Assembly: GCA_020891255.1 (NCBI GenBank)
Contig: BQFW01000001.1
Location: 496,001-560,000 of the forward strand
Reading direction: 5' to 3'
DNA: 64,000 bases
Origin: Entomortierella parvispora E1425
Lineage: Eukaryota; Fungi; Mortierellomycota
The notes beneath the pieces are model-generated. The model searched no databases. It saw only the letters and a list, made by a program, of their open reading frames with translations, and was not told the origin of the DNA. Shown one piece after another: positions 46,901 through 59,807 of the stretch (the first letter of the stretch is position 1; each line of letters begins with the position of its first letter). The position numbers and the translations under genes were made by a program.

Positions 46901-49900
46901 TTGGGCACATTGGCAATGAACCCTTTGCTGGTCATTGCAGCGCGTGTAATACTGTAATACCCGTCAGTTCACCTCTCTCTCTTTTTTCTCTTCTCTCTCT
47001 TTTAAACTTCATTCATGGCATCGTCTCTTTGTCCCACGGAGAGAGAGGGAAAGGATGTGGTAAAAGGAAGGAAGGAAAGAGAAGGGAAGGGAAGGGAAGG
47101 GATAATGAAAATGAAGATGATCTTTTCATTTTTGTTGAGTAGAATGAATCCCTTTTTTTTCTGCGTCAGTCTCTCTCTCTCTCTCTTTCTCTTTCTCTTT
47201 ATTCCCGTTCATATCATGTCTATCGGTCTGGTGCAGCTGTGCAGAGGGCTTTGATTGCCTAAGGCCGGAAAAAAACAGAGACATGACCTCGACAGGACCA
47301 AACGGACTCTTCAAGGGCTGTTCGAAAAAAAAAGGTCCAAAGCCTCCTGGATTTGGGTCTTTTTTTTTTTTCTTTGTCTACTTACTGCCTGCCTGCCTTT
47401 GCTTTTTTACTTGCATTGGCGTGCTTTGGCGGGATGCACAAAAAAGTGGTTCCTGTCGCGTTTTCCTGTCGAGTTTCCTTCCCATGATCGCCTTTCTGAA
47501 CACGTTCTTGCGACATTATGAAAAGAGTGGGTGACATGTGCGCAAACTTGCAGTTTGATGTGCGATGACTAAAATGATACCATGGTGGAGGGGAAAAAAA
47601 ATTGGCTTGTTTGGCTTCTCTTGGCCCTTTGGCGTAACTTTATGTGTGTGTGTGTGTCTGTCTGTGGACAGAAGAGCTGTTAGCCCGTGCGCGCGTGTTT
47701 TTTTTTTTTTTGTTGCAAAAAAGCTTTTCGCCTGTGCGCGCAGGGACCAATGGGTCCTTGTGCAGCTCATTGGTCTTCCTCCCCCCTCGATTTGTGCATT
47801 ATGGACTAGGCGGCAATGAAAGGTCATGGTGTCCCCATCATCGTCGTTCTGCACGAACACCAATTGACCCCAAGAAGGCAAATGAGTTGGAGGGCTTCTT
47901 GGATTCAATGCAAAACGTTGACGAGTGGAGGGTTTTCTCTCCCTTGTGGTCGTTCCCGGTCCTGTTTCTTTCAGATCTCATCGGTCGTCACCCAAGGAGT
48001 TACTGGCCCCAGAGAGAGAGACACAGGCAGAGACACAGACACGAACATCCTCTCCCCCCTTCGGCAAGCGCTTTCTTGTTTCCTCGATGACAGAAATGAT
48101 CACTGGACTCTTTGCCGCTGCATCGTTTCTGACCATGGAAAACGACGCGCCGATAGTTGTATGAGCGGACAGCGGATAGGCGGAGAGGCTCCGCTGCCCT
48201 TTATTTAACAATTCCTCCTTCCCTATCTCCGTTTCTGTTTGTTTTTCTCTCTCTCTTCTCTCTTTTCTTCTCTTTCTTCTTCGTTGCTGTCACTCCCATC
48301 CACAATTCCCACTTGCCAACGTCGCAACCACTTCTGTTTCTCTCTCCCCCTCCCATCGCCTCTTCATTGGCACTCCATCTCCAACCACGCCGACTTTTCC
48401 CTTTTCCCTGACCCATCCCCTCCCACCTGCTTACCGACCTACCCAACCTATCCGCCCTTTTCCCTTCCTTCCTGTCTCGTCGTCTCGAATTCTCCACCGC
48501 GTCTTTATTACCCCGGCTCTCTCTCTTTCTCTTTCTCTCGTTCTCTTCATCTCCCTTTTCTTCTACACACTTCTTCCCCTCCTCCTCACATTCCCTGCTC
48601 TCATAACTCATTCACTCTTACTCTCTCTCGTCACTCAAACGTATTCTTCCAAAGCTCCAAACCTCTCTGCTCTTTGCTCCCGCTCTCTTTGAAACGTAAT
48701 AAACTGAGTGAACGCGTGTGGTCCAGTCCCTCTCCCTCTCTATTTTCTCTCATTCTCTTACACACCTTGCATTCATTCCCCCCTTCCATCCCCCTTCTCG
48801 TTCCTGCACGCGATCTTGTACTTCTTTTTGGAGCATCCCAGAAACACTAACTAACGCACGGCCTTATCTCTCTCTTTCTTTTTTTTTATCCTGGTTCCAC
48901 AGCAGGCAGCAATTTTCCTTTTCCCCCCTTTTTTCAAAAATCAACCTACGAACGACTCTATCCTTTCAGTTGGACCTACTACCCATCGCCTCCCAACCTC
49001 CAGATCGGCAACCTCAAACTCATTACCCCCCCTTCGCGTACCCTCGAGCCAACAAACACAAAAAATTAAAGAAATCTGGAACGGACCCTGTTTGAATCGG
49101 CTCTCCGAAAATCGCCTCATTTACACAACAAACAAATCAACCACCACACGGTCCCCCTCTCTCAGGACAGGAACAAAAACCCCCCATTGGCCACTTGTCA
49201 ATCATACACACAGGTAACAAAAAGTTTGAAGACGAAAAAAGAAGAGGAGAAAAGGAAGGACCACCTTGGATGCAGGATGAATGGAAAAGGAATGACGATG
49301 AATGAATGAATGGGACTTGCCAGGAAGGAGATGCAGGAAGAAAGGGGTGGAGGGAGTGTCGACCCGTCAATGCGTGTATGCGGGTGCGGGTGTGTTTGTG
49401 TTTGTGTTTGTGTTTGTGTCCAGGCCTGTGTCCAGGCCTGTGTCCATGTTTTGGTAGTACATGATGTATGTCCTTGTGTTCCCTGTTGGTTTGCATTGAA
49501 AGAACCGCCCTTTTTCAGTCTTTCTGCGATCGTGTCTGTCTATTTGTCCACGGTTCTTCGCGCGAGTGCGCGCGTGAGGATGTTGAATGCGTATTCCTCC
49601 CTGTTAATCCCGTCCATCCCCCTTTCCCCTTGACTCCTGCGACCTTCTCTTGGATCACTCTCTCGACTCGACTGAACTCGACTCTTTGTCCTCCCTTGAA
49701 CCCCCTCCCCTGTCCTTGCCGATGGACTGCACTGTCACTGCGCATGATATCGTTGTGGTTATTGGGCTACATTTCTCCCCTGTCCAACCGCCTCTTTTTT
49801 TACTTTCTTTTTTTTCCCTTCCCTTTCCCATCCACCTTCACTCTTCTTTCCCCTCTCTTCCCTTTCTTCCCTGTATTCCTTCCCTTCCCTTCGCTTCCCC

Positions 49901-50034
49901 TCCGGTCACACAATGCCCTCTCTGCTCTGCACAGCAACAAAAGCACCAACAACATCAGTTTGGAACAACAGCATGGCCTCCGCCCCAAAGTCACGCTTTT
50001 TTAAAAAGAAGTTTGGTGTTGGACCCTACACCGT

Positions 50035-50102
50035 GCCATGCTATGCCATGCCATGCTATGCCATGCTATGCCATGCCATGCTATGCCATGCCATGCCATG
50101 CC
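50035..50102. repeat. Pentanucleotide microsatellite (GCCAT/GCTAT)13
   Basis: Direct reading. Confidence 0.9.
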
Positions 50103-50971
50103 TGTTGCGTGTCACGGCTTCGCAACCACCTTGCTTTTTCTGCTTGTTGTTGGAACTGCCTTTGCCTTTTCACTTGCCTTGCCTTGCCCTTACTTTTTTT
50201 ATTTTTTTTATTACTGCACATCTTCATGCATCTCGCATTCTCGGCAGCAGAACGGGCGCCACACACAAACAACAACACCAGATTGGTAGCATGACAAAAA
50301 AGGAAAGAGAGTGGAAGGGAGGAAAACAGATACACAAATGCAACAACAAAAACACAAAAGAGGTGCCGAGTTCTTGGGGCTCTTTTTTTACTTTCTTCAC
50401 TGGAAAGAAGCAGGGAAAGAAAAAGGAAAAGCATAGAGACCGGCAGGACGTACATACAGGGTGGCCACAAGAAATTCACCCCTGCCTGGATTGTTCTCTT
50501 TCCCGCAACAATGGCAGGGTCAACAAACAAACACAAAAAACACAAAGTGGAAAAGAACGAGCACAAGAAAAAGAGAAAAGAGAAAAACCGCGCGCACGTC
50601 CCCATCTGGTTCCCCGCGCACCCCCCACCCCGCGCTAACAATGCGCCACACCAAAGCATGCACCAAAAAGCTCTGGAAGGGCTTTGGTGTTGAAAACCCC
50701 CCCCTCCTTCCCTTCTATTTCCCTCTGCCTGCCATGCCTGCCATGCCTTCCCCTCTGCCTGCCTGCCTGCATCCTCTCTCTGTCCCCCTTGCATTCACGA
50801 AAAACTAACATCTCCGATCGGTTTCTTTTTCTTCTCTCTCTTTTTCTTCTCTTCTCTCTTTTCTTCTCTCTCCTCTTTTTTTGATCCAACTTTCATGTCT
50901 CTTTGTCGTGTCCTCTCCCTCTCCTTTCTCCTTTACTTTCATAATCTCATAGCCTCTCCATTCTCACAACC

Positions 50972-52742
50972 ATGACGGCCCTCCCAGACACCACGTTTGA
51001 CCTCTCTACACAGCGTCTTCCTCAACTCTCCACAGTCGGCAGCGGTCATCTAGCGCCCGGTGCCCCCACAGACGGATCCCTACGATCGCCTCTCACGCCC
51101 CCACCCACACCCATCCTCTCTGACGGCACATCTTCTTCCTCCTCTTCTTCTTCTCACAGCAGCAACTCGTCGTCTTCCTCCGACAGCCACCATAGCAACA
51201 GCAAACTCACCGTCTCTGCCCGTCAACTGTCCCACCATGCTCTCCAACCCGAGTTCCTGGCCGAATACACGCTGGGAGACGAGTTGGGATCCGGTGGGTT
51301 CGGCTTTGTGGTTTCGGCCACACGGAATTCAGATCAACGCGAGGTGGCTGTCAAGTTTATCTTTCGGGAAAAGGTCCCCATGCATGGATGGGCCAAAGAC
51401 CCCGAGTTGGGACTGATCCCCATGGAGATTTATGTCCTCCGGAATGTGCAACACCCCAACATTATTGGGTTCTTGAACGCGTACCAGGATTTCAAGTTCT
51501 TTTACCTCGTCATGGAGTTGCACGGAACCCCTTGGTCAGCCAGTAACCCACTGTTAAACAAGAGTCTGCTCAAGCCTGGACCCGAAAAGAACAACACCAA
51601 CATGTCGATGGTCGAGGCCATGGCCAAGGCGACGTTGAACCAACAACAAAACGCAGCAGCAGCAGCAGCGGCGGCAGCAGCAGCAGCAGGAGGAATGAGC
51701 AACTCGATCAGCGCCAACACCAACACGACGAGTTCCAGCTCGACGCGATCCTTCAAGTTGTCACCCTCCAGCACGAGTTCGTCCTCGTCCAGTCTGCTGT
51801 CGGATGCGGGAAGCGACTATTATGCCGACTCTCCAGCACAACAGGGAACCGCCATGGCCCCGTCTGTGTCTTCATCGTCGTTGCCACCGGCACCGTTGGC
51901 GATCACGGGGGGACCCCCCAAGGCGTCGTTGTTGATGCGCCGTACGTCGTGCGACTTGTTTGAGTGCATTGAACATCACAGCAAGTTTTCAGAATCACAG
52001 GCGCGTGTGATCTTTAAGCAGATTGTCGAATGTGTCGATTACTTGAACTCGCGCGGGATCTGCCATCGGGACATCAAGGATGAAAACATTGTCATTGACA
52101 ATGACTTTGTGGTCAAGTTGATCGATTTCGGATCCGCGGTCATTATTCCCAGACCTCAGGGCAAGCTGTTTGATCGGTTCTATGGTACCATTAACTGTAA
52201 GTGACATATGCTCTCTTTTTTTTTATTTTTTTTGTTTTTGGGAGATCCTTTGCGTTGCGCCGAGGAGCGAGGGGGGAAATGGAAAATGAAGAGGAATTTG
52301 GTTTACTACTTTTTTTTTTTTGTGTTTGCCCTTGCTTTTGTCCTTTTTGACCGAAAGAGTCAAGAGGAGGAAGAGGAGGAGCGGGAAACAATGAAAGTGA
52401 TCTGCTGGGTACTGCATCGAGTCATTGACTAAACATGATCATCGTTCTCTCTCATTTTTCAAAGACGCCTCTCCCGAGATCTTGAAGGGCGAAAAGTACC
52501 GCGCCGAATCGGCCGAGATCTGGTCCTTGGGCATCCTGTTGTACACGATTCTTTATGGAGAGGTACCGTTCAACGATCCCGTGCAGGCCATCTCGGGCCC
52601 TTACATTGCGCCCCGCGTCCGATCCTCGAGCGAATGTCTGCATTTGTTGAACTGGATGTTGGCCAAGACCCCCGAGCGTCGCGCCACGATCGACGATGTG
52701 GTGAACCATCCCTGGATCACAGCCATGAGCATGTCGACGTGA
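50972..52742 (+). CDS. Ser/Thr protein kinase, CAMK-like (PAS-kinase/PIM-like catalytic domain, no PAS domain seen); exons 50972-52196, 52465-52742 (~500 aa)
   Basis: LGSGGFGFV, VAVKFI, IPMEI, RTSCDLFECIE, HRDIKDEN, IDFGSA, YGTINY|ASPE, EIWSLGILLYTILYGEVPF. Confidence 0.92.
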
Positions 52743-53834
52743 TGTGATCGTTCAAATGAGGATACTGGCATGTTGCTATTGTCCTCATTGCCCTCCATTT
52801 CAACAGCGACACCACCGTCGTCGTCGTCGCCGTTGCCTTCATTGTCAGTACCATCGTCGGGAAAAAAGAGACGTGGCTGTTGTGGTCTCTTTTGTTAGAT
52901 TTTTGCTTTTTCTTTCTTTTTTTTTTTTTTGCTGTTACCCTTGTTTTTCTTGCTCTTGTCTTTTTGCGTTTCTTTTTGTCATTTTGCTCATATCGTCTAA
53001 TTATTATTTTCATTGTGCTTGCACTCCACACTACCATTCCCTAGTATTTATTTAGAGAGGGGGGTGTGGGGGTGGGAGGAGGAGGAAGAGGGGGAGGAGG
53101 AAGAGGACCCAAGGTCTTTTTCTTTCCTTTCCCTCACTGTCACTCCCCCTTTCTGCCCTCTCATTCCCCTTGCGCCCCTACAAATCAACAACAACACCTT
53201 AATCGAAGGTCGATGACCATCGACTGTCTATTCCCCTTTTTTCTTATTTTTTTTCATTGTTTCGTCCCGCCAAACCCTCTTTGTCCGTTTCTTTTTGGAA
53301 CGCATATACACTTTCTCCCCCTCTCCTTCCCCTCTCCTTCGCCCCCCTATTCCTCTTTGACCTTTACACCCTTTCCTCCTCCTTCTCCTCTTGCCTTCTC
53401 CTCTTTTCCTCCTCCCCTCACCATACCAATGGTCCACTCTCTCTGTCAATTCGGCCCTTTTTTCATTCTTTTTCCTACTTCACCTAGATAGAAGCTTGGA
53501 AAAAAAGGAAACAAAGCGCGTCTACCTAATAAAAATCAACAAACTTTGACCATGTCCTCTTCTTTTTCATCTTTGAACATCTTTTGGGGCTGAGCCCAAC
53601 CACGAGCCCCCACCAACGCTTTGTCCTTTCCCACGGGCAGCACACTACCGACAACACAAAATAAAAAAACAAGGCACGAACTTGAAAAAAACTGCAAAGG
53701 TTGCCATCCATGTCCATAACTATGTCCCTGTTTGGTATATTACTGAGGCAGAGCAGAGTAGCTCATTTTCGGAGGGAGGAGAGAACTCATTTTTTGAATG
53801 CGGTTAATGTAGGAGGAGGGTCACATCATCTTTA

Positions 53835-55922
53835 TTACTTTCTTTTGGCCTTTGTTGAGGAGGACGTCTTCATCGACCCCTCGGACGACGATGCCTTTTT
53901 TTCAGGGGTTTGCAGTGTGGCTGGATTGGGGGTGGGGTTAGGTGGCGGGGTCGATGGCAAATCGTACAAGTCATTTAAAAAACACTTGTCATCCAAGGTA
54001 ACTGCCACCTTCGCGATCTCCTCCGCCCTTTCTAGCCGCAGACCAAGGACCAGGATCTCCTTAATCAGGAGCATCAAGGAGCGAACGTCTCCTAGAGACC
54101 TCGGTACTTCCAACGTCTTTTCCTCGTTCATTCTAAGAAATCTGCCCGCCACAAAATCCACAGACACGAATTGCAACCGTAGTGCGGATTGTAAAATCCC
54201 GACGATTTCAAGACGTTTCTTCACAAACGTCTGGCTCTTGGACGTCAGGAAAATATGATCAAACATGTCCTTGAGGACTTTGGCAGTCTTGAGGCTATCC
54301 GTCAGCACCTTTGTCCCTATCGCGCCTTCGTCCTTCCTTCCAACCTCTATGGCGCCGTATTCCCGGCTCGAGTTCCTGCTCAAGAATATACCATCCAGCT
54401 TGCGTCCAAAGGCCTTTGAGGAGGTAACATCGCGGCCCAGGTTTTTACGGGCACTCGAACTGAGAGACATCTTTTCACCTCGAAGGAGCTGGACATTCGA
54501 AAGGTCTCCCAAAAGTCCGTCAATCAACGGGTCAGAGACGTGAGTGGCAAACCAGCCTTCGGGGTTTTGATGACCGCGTATCTCTTGAGAGTTGGATGAG
54601 AGCTCGGCATAGATATTCAGGACTGCACGGTACAAAGTCATGGTGAGGTTCTCCTTGTAAAGGATGTCCTCTGATGTTTTGTCGTCACTGTGAGCAGAAG
54701 CACCACTCGAAGACACCTGATCTTTGTAGTCCTCTTCTCCAGAATCATCGTCCGAGGCTGCGTCCTCATCCTTCTCCTGATCTTTGCCGGCTTCTTCTTC
54801 TGAGCTGTCATCAGAAGGCTGCAAGAGGTGGGCCCAGCCTGAACGTAGGAAATTGTGCATTTCCGAAATGGTATTCTTTTGGGAATAGGCAATAAGTTGA
54901 CTCAGGATCCAATCCGGCAGAGAGGGGCGACTTTTGCGATCCACTCCTGTGATTTCTTTCCAATCCGCATCGGTAAACAAGGCTCTTACATTTGGATTGC
55001 TGCAGTCGATAAGGAACGAGTGAACAGGCGCCTCCATTTGAAGAGTGAGGGCATACTCCCAAAGCACGTCATCGACCACTAGTCCTGAAGACAGAGTCCA
55101 GGGCTCGTCCGCGAAGGACGAGAAGTTGCTCAAGAAATGCTTCTGGATTTGGATGGTGTAGGAATAGGAGTCGGTTGCTGGCTCTGAATTTGACGACGAT
55201 GATCCTATAGACGGTGGCTGAATAGGCGCCGAGGAAGTCGTCCTGAGAAACGCCGATGCAGACGTTAAAGTGACTTCGACGCCCATATCCTTCTGGATTT
55301 CCCTCGTCATAGCTGCTCCATCAGCCCCAAATTGATCGACATTCTGACTCCGAAGCTCCAATTTGCGACGATCCATGATTTGCCGATGCTGCGATTCGAT
55401 CGTCTCTTGGTAAGTGAGCTCGTCCCAAAAGGTCTGGCTTCTCCCAGAGGAGTTGGATTTCAAGCTGGCATCACGAAGACATTGTACGCCAGACTCTTTG
55501 AAGCTGGCCATCCAACTAGTCCACTCAAACTCCAACGCTTCCTTCTGGTCCGAGGTCGCGTTCCGGCTTTTCAAGTAGTCCAATCGGTCAAACTTTGAAG
55601 GTATAGTGGAAAGGAAGTAGTTTGCTCCAGGCATGTCCCTGTTGATGGCATCTTTCCAAATTGAACGAGAACGGGTGCGCTTGCTTGTGGATGGTTCGGC
55701 TGGAGGTTGCGAGCGTTTGCCAGTGTATTGCTCGGTCGAAGGCTGCGACAGGTTAACCGTGGGTTGTTTGGTAGGGATCTGCGAACGGCTGCTCCGACTG
55801 GAGGACTGTGAGTGGTTGTTGGTGGTCTGCTCGAATGGACGGTTGGGAATAGATTGACGAGTAGTGGGCGGCGAGAGTCTGCTTGTGGATTGACGAGTGA
55901 TGGGTGTCAGTCGGTTTGACAT
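53835..55922 (-). CDS. Intronless ~695-aa protein with C-terminal PD-(D/E)xK restriction-endonuclease-like domain, S/T-rich N-terminus and acidic insert
   Basis: GRKLDGIF...EYGAIEVG...K...D...K pattern typical of REase-fold proteins of early-diverging fungi; ORF open from 56021, likely start MSNRL at 55922. Confidence 0.65.
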   Translation of the reverse strand: MSNRLTPITRQSTSRLSPPTTRQSIPNRPFEQTTNNHSQSSSRSSRSQIPTKQPTVNLSQPSTEQYTGKRSQPPAEPSTSKRTRSRSIWKDAINRDMPGANYFLSTIPSKFDRLDYLKSRNATSDQKEALEFEWTSWMASFKESGVQCLRDASLKSNSSGRSQTFWDELTYQETIESQHRQIMDRRKLELRSQNVDQFGADGAAMTREIQKDMGVEVTLTSASAFLRTTSSAPIQPPSIGSSSSNSEPATDSYSYTIQIQKHFLSNFSSFADEPWTLSSGLVVDDVLWEYALTLQMEAPVHSFLIDCSNPNVRALFTDADWKEITGVDRKSRPSLPDWILSQLIAYSQKNTISEMHNFLRSGWAHLLQPSDDSSEEEAGKDQEKDEDAASDDDSGEEDYKDQVSSSGASAHSDDKTSEDILYKENLTMTLYRAVLNIYAELSSNSQEIRGHQNPEGWFATHVSDPLIDGLLGDLSNVQLLRGEKMSLSSSARKNLGRDVTSSKAFGRKLDGIFLSRNSSREYGAIEVGRKDEGAIGTKVLTDSLKTAKVLKDMFDHIFLTSKSQTFVKKRLEIVGILQSALRLQFVSVDFVAGRFLRMNEEKTLEVPRSLGDVRSLMLLIKEILVLGLRLERAEEIAKVAVTLDDKCFLNDLYDLPSTPPPNPTPNPATLQTPEKKASSSEGSMKTSSSTKAKRK

Positions 55923-57638
55923 GATGTAGCTTGCTGTCCTCCATTCATTCCATGTCCAAACAAGCGAAATATGTGTTAGTATTGATTTGGGTCGAAAAAC
56001 ACCCCTCAATTGTTGCAGCATGATGTTACAGATAAAGTGAAGGACTCGGGCGAAGATGTATCGACCATGAGTTCCCAGAAAAAGAAGTAAACACTACGCA
56101 GAGAGACAAGGAGCGATAGCTTGTGTTCTGAACGCTCAGTGTATAAAAGTGGTCCACTTCCCAAACGAAACACCCCCTCATCACCCTCACAATGCAAGCG
56201 AGTGATGAGCGCAAGGCTGGCATTGTCCTGACTCCAAGGAACGCCCAACGTTTGACGAGCACACCTGATTGAAAAGCACGACAGCCTGTATGCGGTGAGT
56301 TCCACAGCAGTCGCCTCATCCAACCGGCTTGGACCCCCCATTATCACCACTGATGGATGACACTCTCTGGATAGCCGTTGATCGACAGCGCGCAGCGTAA
56401 CGATCAAACGTTTATAGGTGATTCACCTCCCAAACGTGATCCCCATCCTCATCCCCAGACCTTAAAAGGACTGCATTGATGTGTGGACAGGAACCGCGCC
56501 GTTTGACGGGCACACCCAGCTAAAAATCCAGCATCTCCGATGCCTTTTCATCCAGTAGGCTTGAATCCCCCAATGCTTACCCCCAAAAAACATAGCAAAT
56601 CGGAAAGAGAATCACTTACTGTTATAGTGCACGGCAAGTTTGTGAAGGTGTAATGGCGAGAGCAAGGCGAGAGTGATGCGAGACACGGTGGCAACTTCAC
56701 CGTGCTGTAAGACATACTGCAAACAATACAGTGACGTATCAAAAATATCTCGATCGCTGATTGGCTTGATTATTTTCACGGAATCATTGCTTTTTTTTTT
56801 TTGCGCCATACCAGTGCATGTTCAAGGCCGTTCGAGGGCTTGGGGGGAGGGGGGGGGGGGGAGGAGGAGGATGGTGACGTCTTATCGAGGTCTTCCATCC
56901 GACATACTCGAATCAAGGGTCCATTTGATATCCTCTACGACTTCAATACGCGTCAAACACAGGACCCAAAACGCGTCTTCCCCCTGCAATCGACAAAAGC
57001 AAAGCTGCTCACCAGTCTCAGTGTCATTGGTCATCACGCCGTAGAACCCCTTATAGAGAGCCCTCTACCTCGGACCTATCCAAAACAGTTTAACAGTGAT
57101 CTTGCTTCCATGGTAGTTGGGCTGTCCTCCTCATTATGACGGTGTGCAAGGCCGCTCATTGAGCTGATACAAAAGGGATTCGTGACTTCTTGATGGTTCA
57201 GTGCAGCTAATGAAATCATATCAGCGCTTCCTATAGACATTTCAGACTTCTGGCGAGGGGTTTTAGTTAGTTCCTAGAACTCGTAATCAGATGCAGTGGA
57301 CAGAATCACTGGGAGAAGCGATTGACTATGACCTAGAAGAGACTAATGGCTGGAAAAAGGATGGCAAACTTCTACCTTTCTGTGCCAAAGTCCCTTACGC
57401 TTCAATATATTGGTCTATGATTGTGTCAATGCTATCCCTTCCAACATCTCGCCACAACCAAGATGCATGGTTTCAAAATGCGCGAGACAGAGACTTCCAT
57501 TCTTTCATTGCTTTCAGATTCGTGTCTTTTATTCAGTGTTCAAGACTGGCGCTCACTTCATATCAAGTATGGCTGGCAGAAAAGAAGATTAAGAACTGCG
57601 CGAAACTGAAAACCAATCGGTCTAGCTCAGACCCGGTG

Positions 57639-57836
57639 TCAAATACCACAGCAAGCAGGGAAGGGTGGGCATCCAAGACATCCATTGCATGGGCCTTCTC
57701 TATCCGGTTCAGCCTCCGATGAGGTAACAAGTTCGTTGGAGAGACGAGGGCAAAATCGTTTACCAAGGACCGCGGCCTGAACAACGGAAGCGAGGGCGAT
57801 GATGGTCAATGCCAACAGGAAGACGTTCGATTTCAT
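57639..57836 (-). CDS. Small secreted cysteine-rich peptide precursor (65 aa)
   Basis: Signal peptide MKSNVFLLALTIIALASVVQA, KR dibasic site, 6 Cys in FCP...CNGCLGCPPFPACCGI; AAAACC-ATG context; upstream TATAAG. Confidence 0.6.
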   Translation of the reverse strand: MKSNVFLLALTIIALASVVQAAVLGKRFCPRLSNELVTSSEAEPDREGPCNGCLGCPPFPACCGI

Positions 57837-59489
57837 GGTTTGGGGAAAAGGGCTATTAATCGAAAGAACATCGAATTTGTATTGGTTTTAATACAACAAT
57901 TGACTCTGCAGACAGAGGGTAGGAGGAGGAAGAGCTCGGATGTTGCATGTTAAACAGACCTGATTTGCGCGTTAGTAGAGTAAGAGAGAGTGAAGCAAAG
58001 AGAGGTGGCGCTGTAAGTTCTTTTGAAATGTCATCTACTCTTATAGGAAGTGTCCGAGTGTCTTTATTGTCCATTTGGACTGGCAGGTCCTTGTTTGTTG
58101 TTTTCGCGTTTTCGTGTTTTCGTGTTTTTATTGACCACCTGCTGGTCCCATTTTCAGTGGGCAGTTTGAGAGTAAAGTTCAGCACAGGCGACAAGGTGGG
58201 AAACAATTCAGTCAGCCGTGACCTTTGCGCCCTAGGTGCACAGGGAAGTGTCTATTTGTCATCCGATCCGACAGTTCCTTCCTTGTCGTCCGATGCTCTC
58301 ATTTGTCGTCCTCATTTCTGCACCACGCCCTGGTCATGCACCGCGCCCTGGTCATCCACTGTAAAAAATACATCGGATTGGAAAGTATCTATATGACTAG
58401 CTAGACCAGGGCGCGATCGATATCTTTTTATCCACAGACGTACTTGCATTTCTCGTTTTGAACTTCCTGAGCTTGATCGTTTCATGCGCCTTTGCGGATT
58501 GAGGCTCTCCCACAGTAGAACGGCCAATAGACGACAAAGAAGGGGCTCTCGGACCAGACAACAAATAGACGCGTTCGGTGCACAGGAGCCTGACTGTCGC
58601 GTGGCAGTTAGCACGTTGTGCGTTCTCCCTTTTTTCCTCTACACGTGGTTCAGGCAAGAGCTAGGGTAAATATCCTTTCACTGTCCACTCGTTGGCTGCA
58701 AGTTTACCCATGAGTATCGTCTGGGCACAAAGATAGCTGAAAGACGTTCCGCTTTCACACTTTGTCAAAGACATGCATCATCTTTTTTCGTTTTATTCTT
58801 TCAATCGGTCCTTCTAGTTCTGTGCAAGCTTGATTCTTTTTTTTTTTTTTTTTTTTTTTCAGGGGAGAATCAACTTGAGATCCTACTCGAGAGGTCAATT
58901 CAAGCCTACCTGACATCTTTTTTTTTTTTTTTTTTCACTCTTGTAGGCAAAGACAAACAACTTGTCACTGCAGTGTTGGTGTGCCTGTTTGTGTTCTTTT
59001 CGTGTTTTCCATTGGAGAATGGACACAAATTTCCGCGTGCGACTTTTGTTGATCAACAAATGGAACCAGAACAACGACAAAAAAAAAAAAAAAAAAAGAA
59101 AAAAACAAAAGGACTACAAATAAGGACTTGTCCAGCTGGACGACAATAGAAAGTTCGGTGTGATCAAATGGAGAAGTTCTCTGTGCAACAGGCCAATAGG
59201 CAATTGGGGCTTTCTTTGCCCTGCTCAAGTTCCTAGAGACATGGAATTCACAAGAGTTCCTTCAAACAAAATCGAGGGCGTAAAGAGGTCAAAGCACTGT
59301 TCCTCGGACAAAAAGATTTTCCAGGTTGTTATGACGGATTAGGTATAAATGAAGGACCGAGGCATTCTGTAGGCCCTCAAAGTCCTCACCTGTAAAATTA
59401 AAGTAAGGCAAACAAATCGCGGTCATGTCTACTTTGTCTGCCTCGAATTAAACATTTTTTTTTATTTGCAACCGTGTTAGCGGATTACC

Positions 59490-59807
59490 ATGGAGAATGC
59501 CAAGAAGATTCTTGTAAGCTATCGCAAGGCTGGTCCATTAAACACTCGGATCTGCGAGGGCGCCTTACAAGATCTCCGACAAACCCTACAGGATGAAGGT
59601 CTATTCATTGACTTTATCATCAAAAATCGCGCACGCATCCCTCCCCATGTATTGAGCAAATACATTTTGGTAACGGGTCCTACTTGTACCAAGTGCTATT
59701 GCTGCAATTGCGGTGCAGTGATATCAAAAACCATCATGTGCCAATGTGGAGGTTGCACATATTGCAGCGATGTGTGTAGGGAGAAAGATCAGTTGTACCA
59801 CGACTGA
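59490..59807 (+). pseudogene. Short ORF ending in a truncated MYND-type zinc finger
   Basis: CCNCG...CQCGGCTYCSDVCREKDQLYH then stop before the last Cys. Confidence 0.4.

Noticed and set aside
46000-50900. Many 60-240 aa ORFs rich in F/L/S/P or K/R/E
   Set aside because: Translations of pyrimidine-rich, microsatellite-laden intergenic DNA
58324-58416. Short inverted repeat CGCGCCCTGGTC / GACCAGGGCGCG
   Set aside because: Only 12 bp, no TSD or other element features
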